NCBI RefSeq assembly: GCF_009914755.1
Contig: NC_060939.1
Strand: one strand, 5' to 3'
From: the human T2T-CHM13v2.0 reference genome, Homo sapiens
Length of the DNA: 64,000 nucleotides
Position numbers and translations under genes: made by a program. Below the pieces are notes generated by a model. That model had not been told where the DNA came from and ran no database searches. It saw nothing but the letters and a program-made list of their open reading frames with translations. Position 1 is the first letter of the stretch; every line of letters begins with the position of its first letter. Shown in pieces: positions 29,189 through 40,985 of this stretch.

Positions 29189-30249
29189 GAGAAGAGGCTT
29201 CCTGGAGGAAGCGGATCTGAGCAGGACCTGGGCGGATGAGCTGGATATGGGGATCTGTGAGGATAGGCAGGGCTTTCCTGGGGCGGGGAATAGAGTGGAC
29301 AAAGGTGTGGTAGTGGAAGAGTCGGCATGTTGCTGGGACAGTGAGGTGTTTGCTGAGTCTGTTTTCAGGCTGCAGAATTAACTGTTCAACTTGGCTGCTT
29401 TTGCACAGCTAGATTTAGGTAACCTCTTAGGCTGCTGTCAGCCTGACTACCTTCTTTAGACTCTAAGCTCGTTGGCTGGAAGGGAAAAGACTGTTCACCT
29501 GGTCTGCCCAGGTGGTCTCACTTAATCTTCTCATTAGCTCCTAGGAGCAGATGCTCTTGCGTCCATTGTGCAGCTAAGGAAGCTGAGGACCCACTGAAGG
29601 CTGAGGGTTTGACCCATCCCTCCCACTGCCTACAGGGCTGTGGACAGAGCTAGGAGCATATGTTGTGCACTCCTGACTGGGCATCCAGGAAGAGAGAAGA
29701 CTCAGATAATCCCAAGGGCATCCCCTCAAAGTCTGATGGCCCTCTGCCCCTCTTTGGGCCTGTCTTGTAGAGCAGCAGGAAGAGCTATGAAGTCAGAAGC
29801 CCAGGCCAGGACTCCAGCCCTGCCCCTTACTGGCTGGACCACCTTGGACCAGCCAATTCCCTCTCTGCCTCTGTTGCCCAATCTCTAGCATGAAGGGCTG
29901 TGCTGAACAATCTCCAAGTCCCTTCAGCTCTATAAGCTGGGGCCACTAAGCTTCATTTTTTGCCTCCAGCCTGCTCAAGGCTGAGAACTTGGTTCATGCC
30001 TGCCTCTGGCCTTCCTCAGCCATGGATTCGATGCTTCTTGGTCTCCTCTTACTCAAACACGTCAGAAGCTGAGACCTGTCTCAACATAACCTCATGCCAG
30101 GGGGTATTGTGTCAAATGGGCTCACCTGTTGGTCCCAGCCCCATTCCTTATGAGCCTTTTGAATCTGTATTCCCCACTGAAAGCAGACATTCACTCAATC
30201 AAGCATGTGATAGATGCCCTAGGGCTGTGATACTGGCAGCTGCCATTGA

Positions 30250-30450
30250 CTGAGTGCCTACTATGTCAGACGCATTCCATATTTTGCATCTGTACACTCT
30301 TCCTGCCAGGAATGGAGTTGTTTCCCTGTTATGCTGTTGACAAACTGCAGCCCAGAAAGGTTAAGTGACTTGACTAAGCTCTCACGACTTGGAAGTGGAA
30401 GAGTGGGGATTAGAACCCAGAACTCTGTGACTTCAAAGCCTGGGCTCCTG
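30250..30450 (-). mobile_element. MIR SINE
   Basis: 'actgagtgcctactatgtcag...aggttaagtgacttg...gggattagaacccag'. Confidence 0.8.
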
Positions 30451-30724
30451 CCGTGTGACATATCAGTGAGATGCCCATTCCTGGCTGGGCCCTAGGATCC
30501 AGAAACATCACATCAGTGACCCTGCCTGCCCACAGGGCACCCTCAGCAGCTTCTCCTCCTCAAGCCCAGGAGTCTATAATCCTGGGCTATTCCCTTTCTG
30601 GGGCCACTCCCCAGAAAGGACAGTCAGACCCCCTGGGTGGTCTTTCTGTGGCATCGAGTGGACAGGGGCCTCCCTCTCTGGCTTGGGCAGGCAGGCGTGT
30701 GCTACTGTCGTCTCTAGGCAGCCA

Positions 30725-31610
30725 TCGGATGAATAACTGATGGTGATTAGCTAAATCATAACATTGCTCATGCCATGCATAAGTGATGAGCCAACTGGTG
30801 CCAGGCCGCGATGAGAGGCAGTGAGCACCCCCACCTCACCCCCCAGCCCGGAGAAGCCACCACCGCGCTGCCTCCCTGTGTTATCTGGCACATCAAGTGC
30901 TGCGACAATGAATATAGATTGACCTTATTATAGCAGCCGGCTGCTGGTGCCAGGCGCAGCCAGGCATACTTTGCACAAATTAAAGGTGTCAGCATGTAAT
31001 TTACGGTTCATGGCAAAAAGGGGGTGGTAGGGGTAGGGGAGGCACTGAGGCAGGTAGAAAGGAAGGTGGGCTGGCTGTGGGGCTGGCACCAGGAGCCCAG
31101 GCGCTAATGACAGGAGGCGCAGCTGTGGTGTCATTTTCATCCCGGTTTGCTCATTTTTAGCTATTTCTTGCTCAAGGGGGGCAGCCCCCTCTCCTGAGCC
31201 CTCCCCAACATGCTCTGTGTGCATGTGTGCGTGTGTGTATTTTTCAGCTAAATTACTGGTTTTACCTGAAGAGCGTAAAGTAGGTGTGCTAATTTACAGC
31301 TCGGCAGATAAAGCCGCAGCGTGCAGCGCTGTCTGGGAAGCCTGTGATCCGACATCATTTTACTAACACACCCGAGAGCAGCTTGACACATTGAGTCGGG
31401 CCTGTGATTAAAGTTGTAGTCTTCTTTCCCCCTCCCTCTCTCTTCTCCAACACGGAGAACAGATTAAACTCTAAGTAATAGATCTCGGTTTTCTTGCCAT
31501 CCCACTGATATACACAGTACACAGTTTGACACAAAGAGTAAGTTATACATCACAAACAACAGCCTCTGCTCTTTACCGCCCAGAATTAATTTTCCATTTG
31601 CTACGCTTCC
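30725..31610. promoter_or_regulatory. Candidate developmental enhancer / conserved non-coding element
   Basis: Repeat-free, retains CpGs, clustered homeodomain/TALE/T-box/SOX/GATA motifs; conservation not verifiable here. Confidence 0.55.
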
Positions 31611-32779
31611 CTCCTCTCCAAGCCCATTTTCCTGTCCAGCAGGGCTCTCTCCTCTCTTGAAAAGGCAGGTGAGGAGAAGTGCAGGTCGGGCCTGGAAGAG
31701 GTGGCTCGGGACAGAGTTTAACCCTTATGGTTTAAGGATGAGGAAACAGAGACCTGGAGAGAAGCGACTTCCTGATGTCGCCCTTTGTGTCTGTGGCAGT
31801 GGTGAGGCTCAAACCTGTCTTCTGGTTGATAAGCCAGGCCCCACCTCCCATGCCCAGACAGCAGAGGCTGCCCGAGGAGCTGCTCGTTTGTTTGCCCTGC
31901 TATTCCCAGCAACCTGCCAGCAAACTGTCTCTGCTTCTCTGCTCTGCTCTGTGCCCCAGGAGGGGACCTCTAAGGGCTGCCCATGCCTCTGACCACTGCC
32001 TGGGCTTGGCCAGCGGGAGATACCAGAATGAGAAGCAACAGTGGGAGGAGAGAGGGGCTGGGCTATTTCTCCTCTGCTTCTCCCTCTGGGACGCGTGTCT
32101 CGGAAGAGCTGCCTCCCTCTGTGACTGCGCTCCTGTGGGGCGGCCCCTCCTCCACGGCCCCCACTCCTGCTGGTCTCTGGCCATGACATCCTGCCCTGCC
32201 CTGTAGATGCGGGCTGCGGACAGCTGTCAGCTGTTCTAGTCCAGGAGTCTCCCCATCCCTTTTGGATTTCCTTAACCCTGCCTAACTCAGTCACAAGCCC
32301 CTCCATCTGTGTCTCTTCATTTGAGCCACCTGGGGGGAATTCTGTTTCCTGTGGGGACCTCGAATGATACTGGGGTGGACCCATTCTTTATTGAGGACCT
32401 ACGCTGGCAGCCATCTGCCTAAAGGCACACACTGGGAGGAAGGAGTCCAGACCTCCCAGGGTAGCACACATCCCTCTGGGAGGGTCCACCATTCACCCGG
32501 CTTGCTTTCCTGGCCACTGACACCCCTCCCCAGGCCCCACCGCAAGTCTTTGTACACCACCTTAGTGGAGTCTCGTGTGTGGCCCTGTGAGGCAGGGTCT
32601 GGCTAGGCCCTCTAAGGGATGTGGAAACGGAGGCCCAGGGAGGCTGGGGCTCTTCCCTAGGGTCACCCAACTTTGCACAGCAGAGTCCAGTTCCAAATGT
32701 GGGGCTAGCTGGCTCCAGTGCTGAGCAACTTCCTCTGTGCTGTGTGGGAGGTTCGTCTTGCTCATGTAGCTCACGTAGA

Positions 32780-32816
32780 ACACACACACACACACACACA
32801 CACACGTGCACACACA
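32780..32816. repeat. (CA)n microsatellite
   Basis: Read directly. Confidence 0.95.
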
Positions 32817-33014
32817 GGCACAAATGACTAAATGCTTTTAAGGAGCTGTAGGAGAGTATGGGCAGGGATGCAAGGCCAGAAGTGAGGAGGGTTAGACGTG
32901 GCAGGGAGGGCTGGGTAAATCCAGGAGGGCATTTTGGAGGAGGTCAATAAGTCCTGGAGATGATTGGAAACCGCGTGGAAGCATATAGCCAGGAACTCTC
33001 TAACCGCGCCTCGG

Positions 33015-33165
33015 TAGACTGGTTGCACTGAATCACCAGGTTGGGTGGGGTTTAGGGGTATGCTTTAAAATTAGACTCCCAGGCCTCATCTCTAACATAT
33101 AGAATCAGAATCTCTGGGGATGCAGTCCAAGAATCTGTTTTGTTTTGCTTTGATATGCAACTAGT
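33015..33165. mobile_element. MER5-like hAT MITE
   Basis: 'actcccaggcctcatctc..gaatcagaatctctggggatgcagtccaagaatctg'. Confidence 0.65.
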
Positions 33166-33573
33166 CGTGGGAGCCACAAACTCTTCCCACTTCCCCATTT
33201 TACGTGCTGGGGAAGTATGTAAAGGAAGTAGAGAGAGGCCTAGGGACTTGCTCAGGGTCTCACAACAACCAATTCCAAAGCCAGGGCTGGCACCCAGGCC
33301 CCTTGGTTCCCAGCTCGGTGCTCATCCGACTGCTCATTCACCCTCGGGCTTCTCAGTGGGCAGGGTGGAAACACAGCTTCCTCAGATGATGGTCTCAGCC
33401 TCCTCCTCCCCCCGCCCCAGCCACCCTGCAGCCGGTTCTCAAGATGGCAAGTGGGGGGTGGATGAAGGTGGTGGCAAAGCGAGAAAGCGCCTGGAATAAC
33501 ACGACATTTTGAAATGTGAATCACTGGCACTTTCTGTTTTCTCCTGTTCCCCCTCTGCACCCTCCCATTCCCG

Positions 33574-33593
33574 CCCCCCCCCCCCCCCCCCCC
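33574..33593. repeat. C20 homopolymer
   Basis: 20 consecutive C. Confidence 0.97.
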
Positions 33594-35729
33594 GCCGACC
33601 AGGCACTCTCTGAGCTGTAGGAACGCTAGGCCTGGACATCCACCCAGCGTGTGGAACCAGCTGGGGAAGCCACCTGCGTGCAAGAGTGGGTGGAGTCTGA
33701 GATGAGAGCAGAGACTGGGGCTCTGGGCCTACTGCTGTCCCTTCTTGCTGTGTGACTTTGGGCAAGGCACTGTACCTCTCTGGACCTCAGCACTGGGATG
33801 CTCACCATAAGGCTTGTCAATACCCTTGGGCTGCCACATGGTGGGGGTGGGGGCCCTGCAGGACCTAGTCTATCCTGAATCCCTCTTCTGCCCTCCTGTC
33901 CTGACATTCCATCGCTCGTGTTCCGGTCTTTTGAACCCTGAGTAACAGGAGCCCAGGACGGTGCTGGTGGGAGGGTGCTGGGAAAGGGGGAAGCTGGGGA
34001 GGGGGCAGTTAGGGCTGCCAAGTGGAACAGGGGCCACTCAGCCGCTGAATGAGTGTCTGGACTCCCACCCCCAGACACTTCCTCCACATTCCCTCAACTC
34101 AGGAGCTAATGATTCAAAAACAGAGGTCAGCTCCTGGCTCCATGTTGACATGCAGGTACAGGGCAGAGCAAGCCAATGGTACCCTGGACCTCAGGGGGCT
34201 TGTGCCCTCTGTGGTGTGAAAGGTCACTGGGCATTTCTTAAGTGCCTCCAGCGCCAGGGCTTCTCCTCAGGCACCAAGGAGTGAGTTGGCTCTGTGTGTG
34301 TTTGTGTCCCCATCCCCAGATCAGGCCTGACTCACCCCGTGTCCCCACAGTCCAACACAGTGCTGGGTGCACAGCAGGGGCCCCAGGGACATCCCTGCAT
34401 GGAATTTGTGCTGCCTGGCCAGGACCTCGTCAGCCTCAGCAGGCAGGAGCCTTGGTCCCAAGAGGATTGCCTTTGGGCAAGGCTTTTTTTCAGGCCCTCA
34501 GTGACCACATTTCTAAAATTGTGGTAGTGGCCAGTTTCATAGGCTGAGGAGCTCTTTCTGCTCTCCCTCGCCACAGGGTCCCTCTGCCTCAGCAGGAGAG
34601 CAGGCCAGAGTGCAGAGTCTGAGTGTGAGGCAGATGTGCATACGCAGGAACTCAGACAGGGCTGGCACATGGCAGCTGCTCAGTTATCGTCTATGAGGGG
34701 AAGAAAGGAGGAGGAGGGAAGAGGCAGAAAGAGGGTGAGGCTGGTGTGTGCAGCCCCATCAGCTGGCTCTGTGCTCATCTGATCCCTCTTGATCCCCCAG
34801 CTGGCTCCTGCCCACCCTCCTCTACTTCCTCCTGTGGCCTTTTCCCCTCCTCCTGAGAAGAAGGTGATATTGGAGGAAATGGTGGGGAGGGCACTGGAGA
34901 AAGCTCCCTAGGAAGTGGAGCTCTGTTCTAGAGACTAGGGAAATTAGGCCGTAAGTCTCCAGACCTCCCCTTCTGAGGAGCCCTCCATATAGCAGGAGGT
35001 GCTCAAAGCTGAGTGTCCCAATCCTGAACTTGGCAAACAACCTAACCCTAACACCCCACTGACGGTGTCCCAGGTGTAGACCCCTGTCTGGCTAGGAGGG
35101 ACAGTGTTTAGTTTGCCACTGAGTGAGGGTGGTGGTGTGGGGTGGGGCTGTAAGAGAGAAATGCACCCCAGGAAGTGGGAAGCCAAGAGTGGGGAGAGTT
35201 CCATGCCCAGGAGCCCAGGGCCCACTTGTGGCTGCTCACGCTCACCATGTTTTGTCACCTGCCACTGGCTCCTAACCACTGATCAAAAATAGTCCTCTGC
35301 TTGCCCTTACATGTGACCGGCCTGTGGTCAGAGCACCCTACCCAGGCTGGGGTTGGGCTGCACGAGCATCCTGGCCAGCCCTGCCCCAAATGAGACAGGA
35401 AGTGCTCTGAAGTGCCTCTGTAGCTGATGGGGGCCGGGGTGGGGGGACCCTGCCAGCAGCTATCTGGGAGAGTTTGGCTTACGTTTCATAGTGTTTTCAA
35501 GGTCAGTTTCTTCCTCCTTGTTACCTGTGCCTCTTGTTTCTCTTAAAGGCCATCTGGAAAGAGGATATGGCCCAGAAGCATTTCTGTTCTCTCTCTGGAC
35601 CTGAACATGGTTCCCCAAGGGTGTATTGTCTTGGCTGGCATGGTGGGTGGAGAGGGTATGGGGACAGGGTGGGCCCTAGCTTAGAATCCAAGCCACAGGG
35701 GCTTTAAACCCAAGAGAAAAAAACGTGGA

Positions 35730-36800
35730 GAGCTACAACCAGGCATTTTACCAATGAGGAAGCAACTTCTAGGGAGGTGAAGTGACTCACCTAGTGACTT
35801 CAAAATAAAAAATTCCCATTTCACAGATGAGGAGACAAAATCATAGAGACAAAACGTGACCTGCCTAGGGTAACACCATAGTGGCAGAACTCTGACTGGA
35901 CCCAAATCTCTGGGTTCCTCGCTTCCTTCCATCCTGCTGGACAGCTCTGTGTGTGTGATCTGTTGGTAAATTAGTTATGCTTATCTCCATTTACAAATGA
36001 GGAAACTGAATCTCAGAACAATGGCGTACTTGGCAAATAATGACACCTTCAGCTCTGCTTGAGATCAGACGCAGCAAGTCCAGTGGAGGCCCAGGTCCCA
36101 GCTCCTCTAGGAAACCTGTCCTGACGATTCCAGGCCACATGGAGTCCTTCCTTCTCCAAAGTCTTACTATGCTTATTTTAAGGAATAGAAAAATAATGCT
36201 AAGAAAGAAGCAAGGAAACATTCGTACAATGCTCATGGCACGCTGAGTATTTGCCAGCACTCATGGGCGCCTAGGGACCACCTTGAGCAGGACTCAGGAT
36301 GATGCTCATTTTACAGGTGAGGAAACTGAGGTTCAGAGGGCTCAGGTCCCAACCCATGTCTGTCTGACTCCCAAGTTCAATGCGCTTTTCTCCCTTATTC
36401 AGCCCCACATTCTCCTCCTCTAGAATCGTTTCCTGAGTGCTTTCTTGTGTCTGCAATTTGGCTGTAAGCTCATCAATCATAGAGATCATGTCCCTGCTTG
36501 CACCCCACGCAGCTGACCTGGGCTTGACCTTGGCAAAGGGTCAGCACAGACTCTAGGCCTTGAGGAGGCAGGGATGGGGCAGAGGCAGCAGGCCGGCTCC
36601 AACTCCCCTTAGCCACTTCCTAGCACAGTGAAGGCTGTTAGTTTATTTCTCAGAACCTCAGTTTCTTCATCTATAAAATGGGGTGGTACTAACCATGGAG
36701 TCTCAGGCTTGCTGAGTGAAGGTGCAGTAAGGTAAGGAGCTTTGAGTGTCAAGAGCCCAGTGTGAAGCCTGGCACATAGTGGGTACCTAATATGAACTGG
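35730..36800. mobile_element. Cluster of MIR fragments (35730-35930 -, 35980-36070 -, 36240-36400 -, 36600-36800 +)
   Basis: Repeated cores 'cattttacaggtgaggaaactgagg' and 'cctcagtttcttcatctataaaatggg'. Confidence 0.8.
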
Positions 36801-37584
36801 GATTACTCTTGTCAGCCTGCTCATTTTGTGGGGCATCTCTGGGGTGCCCTCTCACCCCCAGCAACTATGACCCAGCCTTCCTTTCCTGGAGGAAGCCTGC
36901 CTCTCCCTGGGCCCTGTGTGTGTAGGGGCTGGATCTGGCTGATAGGCACACAGGGGACTCTGTTTCTGCATCACTCACTTTGGGTGGTGGCTGTGAACAC
37001 TGCAGTCTGTGTGTCCCTGCCCTGCCTCCAGACTTTGTTAACCCTGAGAGCTGAGGGTTTGTCGGTGCTTCCAGACGCCCAGGGGGAGGAGAGGACCTCA
37101 GCTGAGACACTGGTTTCCCCTGGCTAGCCTGCCTCGAGCTAGGGAGAAACCCTTCAAGATGAGCTCCTGGCTTCAAAGCCCAGTGGGGTTGGGTGGCTGA
37201 CTACAGGGGCAGAGCACAGCCCAGGAGATGGTTGCTGCAGACATGCTGCTAGGCACATCTCAATCACCACCAAAGCAGCAGCTGCCAGGCCCTCTTTTGA
37301 TGGAAGAGAGACGTGGAGGTGGGGAGAAGAGAGCCTCCCAAGTCAGGGAGCCAGGGGTGGGATGGGGTGGGCCATCTGCACGATCTGAGCTTCCAGTTTA
37401 GTTCTCCAAGTCTTTAGTATTAAGTGGCAAGGGCTCCCTTAGATGCTCAAATCAAGCAGATATCTCGAAGGGGAGTTTGGACCTGTCTGGGGCAGGAGTG
37501 CTGGTACCCATGGGTGGTGTTTTCTCTGCACTGAGTTATCACCTAGCTGTATATGCAGCCCTGCCTACATCCCGCCCTTGCTCC

Positions 37585-37945
37585 CTCAGCCCCAACCACT
37601 CTGCACTTTCTTCTGTCCCTTGAATAAACCAAACACGTTCTTTCCCCAGGCCTTTGCTTCGACTGTTTCCTCGTCTCAGACAGCTCTTCTTCTGACCTTA
37701 TGCAGGGTACCCTTTCTCATCAAGACCACCCCGCTCATGGGGGCCTCCATTCCCCAGGGCAGGTGACCCTCTTATATGACCTTCATGGCCCGTAACTCCA
37801 TTGGTAACTATCCTTATTAGATTGTTTCTTGCTTTTTTTTTTGTCCCCCCACTGCAATGGAAACTCCCCAGGAGTTTGGATGCTTCATCTCTGCTGAGAC
37901 CCAGTGCCTGGCACTGAAGGTGCTCAGGAAATACCTTCTGAATGA
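37585..37945 (+). mobile_element. L2 3' end remnant (donor of the inverted duplication)
   Basis: 'ccaggcctttgcttcgactgtttcctc...ccagtgcctggcactgaaggtgctcaggaaatacc..tgaatga'. Confidence 0.7.
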
Positions 37946-38880
37946 TCGGAAGCCCCTGCCATCTGCTAAACTGGATCTATGATGACAGAAGCCGAGGAAT
38001 GTGAGGTTCATCTAGAGAGTTCTTGTGAATTTTCCAAGGGTAAGCGCAACACCTAGCTCATTAGATCCCGGGATAATCCACAACCCCTCCTTCACTCAGA
38101 ACAGGTGAAAGTACTGAGACCTGGAGAGGGGTGGGATCACCATGAAGGTGACACACCTGGCTGGAGGGGCAGCAGCAGGAGTGTGGCCCCTTCCTAAAGC
38201 TGCAGGCTTATGAAACGAAACATAAGGAGGGCACGTTTTCACCTGGACATGGAGCCTCAGCCTCACAGGTCCTGATGGGGCCAAGGCCCCTGTGGTAAAG
38301 CCCCTCCTGCTTGCAAAAAAGGATGCTGAGACCCAGGGAGGTGCATGGCTGATCAGAGCTCCCACCACAAATTAGAAGTAGTCTTCAGATTGTAGATGCG
38401 TCTGTTTCTTCGTGTGCCAGGCTGGTGGGGGAAGTCAAGCTTGCCAATGTCCACATGGGGCTAAAGAGGTCTCAGATGAGGATCTCAAAAAGGATCCTGA
38501 GGAGAGAGGGCCAGGTTGCCTAGAGCCCCCCATCTGTGGAAAACCTGGTCAGGGGTCACTACAAGGGAAGAGTGAAGAGCAGTGGCCTCAAAACTTTACA
38601 ATTAAGAAAAAAAAAATCAGACCACACAGTCATCAATATATGTGCCTGAGCACCTTCAGTGCAAGGCACTGGGTCTCAGCAGAGATGAAGCATCCAAACT
38701 CCTGGGGAGTTTCCATTGCAGTGGCGGGACAAAAAAAAGTCAAGAAACAATCTAATAAGGATAATTACCAATGGAGTTACGGGCCATGAAGGTCATATAA
38801 GAGGGTCACCTGCCCTGGGGAATGGAGGTCCCCATGAGCGGGGTGGTCTTGATGAGAAAGGGTACCCTGCATAAGGTCAG
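37692..38880. repeat. Inverted repeat: 237-bp arm 37692-37928 and 236-bp arm 38645-38880, 716-bp spacer
   Basis: Arms are reverse complements with about 4 substitutions and a small difference in the A-run; ORF track shows LSTFSARHWVSAEMKHPNSWGVSIAV on both strands. Confidence 0.98.
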
Positions 38881-39070
38881 TCAATATAAAATATAATATA
38901 TCTTTGTTTATTCACTATGTACATTGAGATATAATAATATGTATGAAAATGTGCAAAAATAGAAATTTTGAAATGAGATTTTAAAGCATATATAACATTT
39001 CTGTTATTTTCTTCCCATATGACAATCGTGCCCAGCCCTGGGCCTTAGGGCACTCCCTTTGCAGAGCACT
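38580..39070. mobile_element. Possible hAT-Charlie-type MITE remnant hosting the inverted copy
   Basis: Ends 'cagtggcctcaaaactt' ... 'tttgcagagcact'; AT-rich interior. Confidence 0.4.
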
Positions 39071-39074
39071 CATT

Positions 39075-39300
39075 AGGAACATGTGCTTTGGGGCCCAGCA
39101 GACCTGTGTTTGAATCCAGGACTTTCCTGTCATTATCTGTGGCTTTAGGGCAGCTTCTGGGACACAGTCTCTTCCTCTGTAAAATGGGACAATAATTCCT
39201 ACTTTGCTCTATGCTTTAAATGAGGTAATACTTAAACGGTGCTTGGTACCAGGCTTGGCAGCCTGGAAGAGCTCATATATGGTAACTATAGTGATTATTA
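39075..39300 (+). mobile_element. MIR SINE
   Basis: 'agacctgtgtttgaatccagg...ctgtaaaatgggacaataat..taaatgaggtaata'. Confidence 0.8.
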
Positions 39301-40821
39301 TTACCATGATCAGGCTCATCCTTGTTTGCTAAAATTAATGAAACTCAACTCTAAATACCATGGACCCTCAGGCTTGTTTCTTGAGCTGCACCATCCTCAC
39401 CAGAGATGCTGGGTCACCGCTGAGTATAAGGCTGGAACTAAGATGACAGTTTCCCTTGGCCGAATACGATGCCCCCAGCATTGATGCAGATGGACCTGGA
39501 GCCTGGCTAAAGAAAGGCTGGCTGGGCGTCCCCGAGGATGGGGCTGAGAGGCCGGTCAGATTTCAGCTTTCTCTGTGTTCCTTTTAAAATAATTGAAGTG
39601 TCAGCTTGGGTTCATGGGCTGGTCACGGTTTCCATCCCTCCCTAACTTCATAAGGCAAGTCCATGAATTATACAGTGCCGGAGCAGACGGTGCTAAGTAA
39701 GGATGCATCACAAGCTGGGCTTAATAAGGACACTCCAGCTATTCTTGGAAGGCATTTGCAAGTCAAAAATATGGTGCATGGAGATCTGATGTCGACTTCA
39801 CATTCTGAAGATTTCAGCTAGGTCAGCATTATTTTATGTTAAATCCCATCAAAACAAAAAAATAAAGAAATAAGGAAGCGCTATAGTACATTGTTTTGCT
39901 TCGTTTTTAATTTGAACTTTTTAGTAATAACACAAATGGTCAAATCTGCCTACCTCCTCCCACACACCCCAACCCCATCTCCCATTCCCACACCCCCTCT
40001 AAGTAATGTCAACACACATTCTCATGGACTCATATGGTGTGGGTAGGCATTGCCTTGCTGTGGAATTAGAAAGTATTCCTACCATTATAATTTTGTGCTA
40101 AATAGTGAGAATATAAAAGCTTTCCTATTTTCTTTCTTTTTTTCACCAAGCTTTCGCATGACCCATACCTGCGCTTTTCTATAACATGTCCACGTGTTAA
40201 AAACTCAGCCATTTATCAGAAAAATAGGGACTGACATCTATTTAAAAAATTAAATTGCGCTGGAGGATAGGAACCAAGAACCACAGTAAAAGCTGGGAGG
40301 CTTTTCTCCTGTACTCCAGGAGGGTGGCTTTTCATCCAGAATGCCCCAGGAGAGACGGTTGACCATTCTGGATGGCTCCTTCGTCGCTTCGTGAGAATCA
40401 GCTGCCTCCGTAGGAGATGCTGGGCCCTGTAGCGCAGGGATCCCACTTAGACTTCCCTTTATGGGTTCACATGTGGCTTTGTTTATAAACACAGTATTTC
40501 AGGGGGAAAGGCAAGCAGGCATCACGTGCCAGGAGGTAAGGGAAGCACAGAAGCAGGAATATCTAAGAGGCCCCTGCAAACCTTTTCTGGCCATTGATGG
40601 CAAAAAAGGATCAGGGTTTCCCTAACTCACCTCCTTGCAACCTGGAGAGCCACTAGCATCTTTGTGTACACAAGGGCCAGGTTTATTTTGGGAATCCTTA
40701 AATGTAAACCCAATACAGCAGCGATGAGAGTATTTATATCAGCAGCAAAGTGCAAGAACAGCCTGTGAACTGGAAACCTCTTGGACTGGAAAAGTCCAAG
40801 TGCTCAGAAGAAGGTAGGTAG

Positions 40822-40985
40822 ACCAGCATTTCTCAAACTTAAATATGCCCAAGAATCCCCCTGGGGATCTTGTTTAAATAAAGACCAAGATTCTGCAAAG
40901 GGCCTAAGATGTTGCATTTCTAAAAGTGCCCAGGCAATGCTGCTGCTGATGCTGGTCCTTGGACCCCACTTTGAGTGGTGAGGGT
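40822..40985. mobile_element. MER5A hAT-Charlie MITE
   Basis: 'cagcatttctcaaactt...gctggtccttggaccccactttgagtgg'. Confidence 0.8.
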
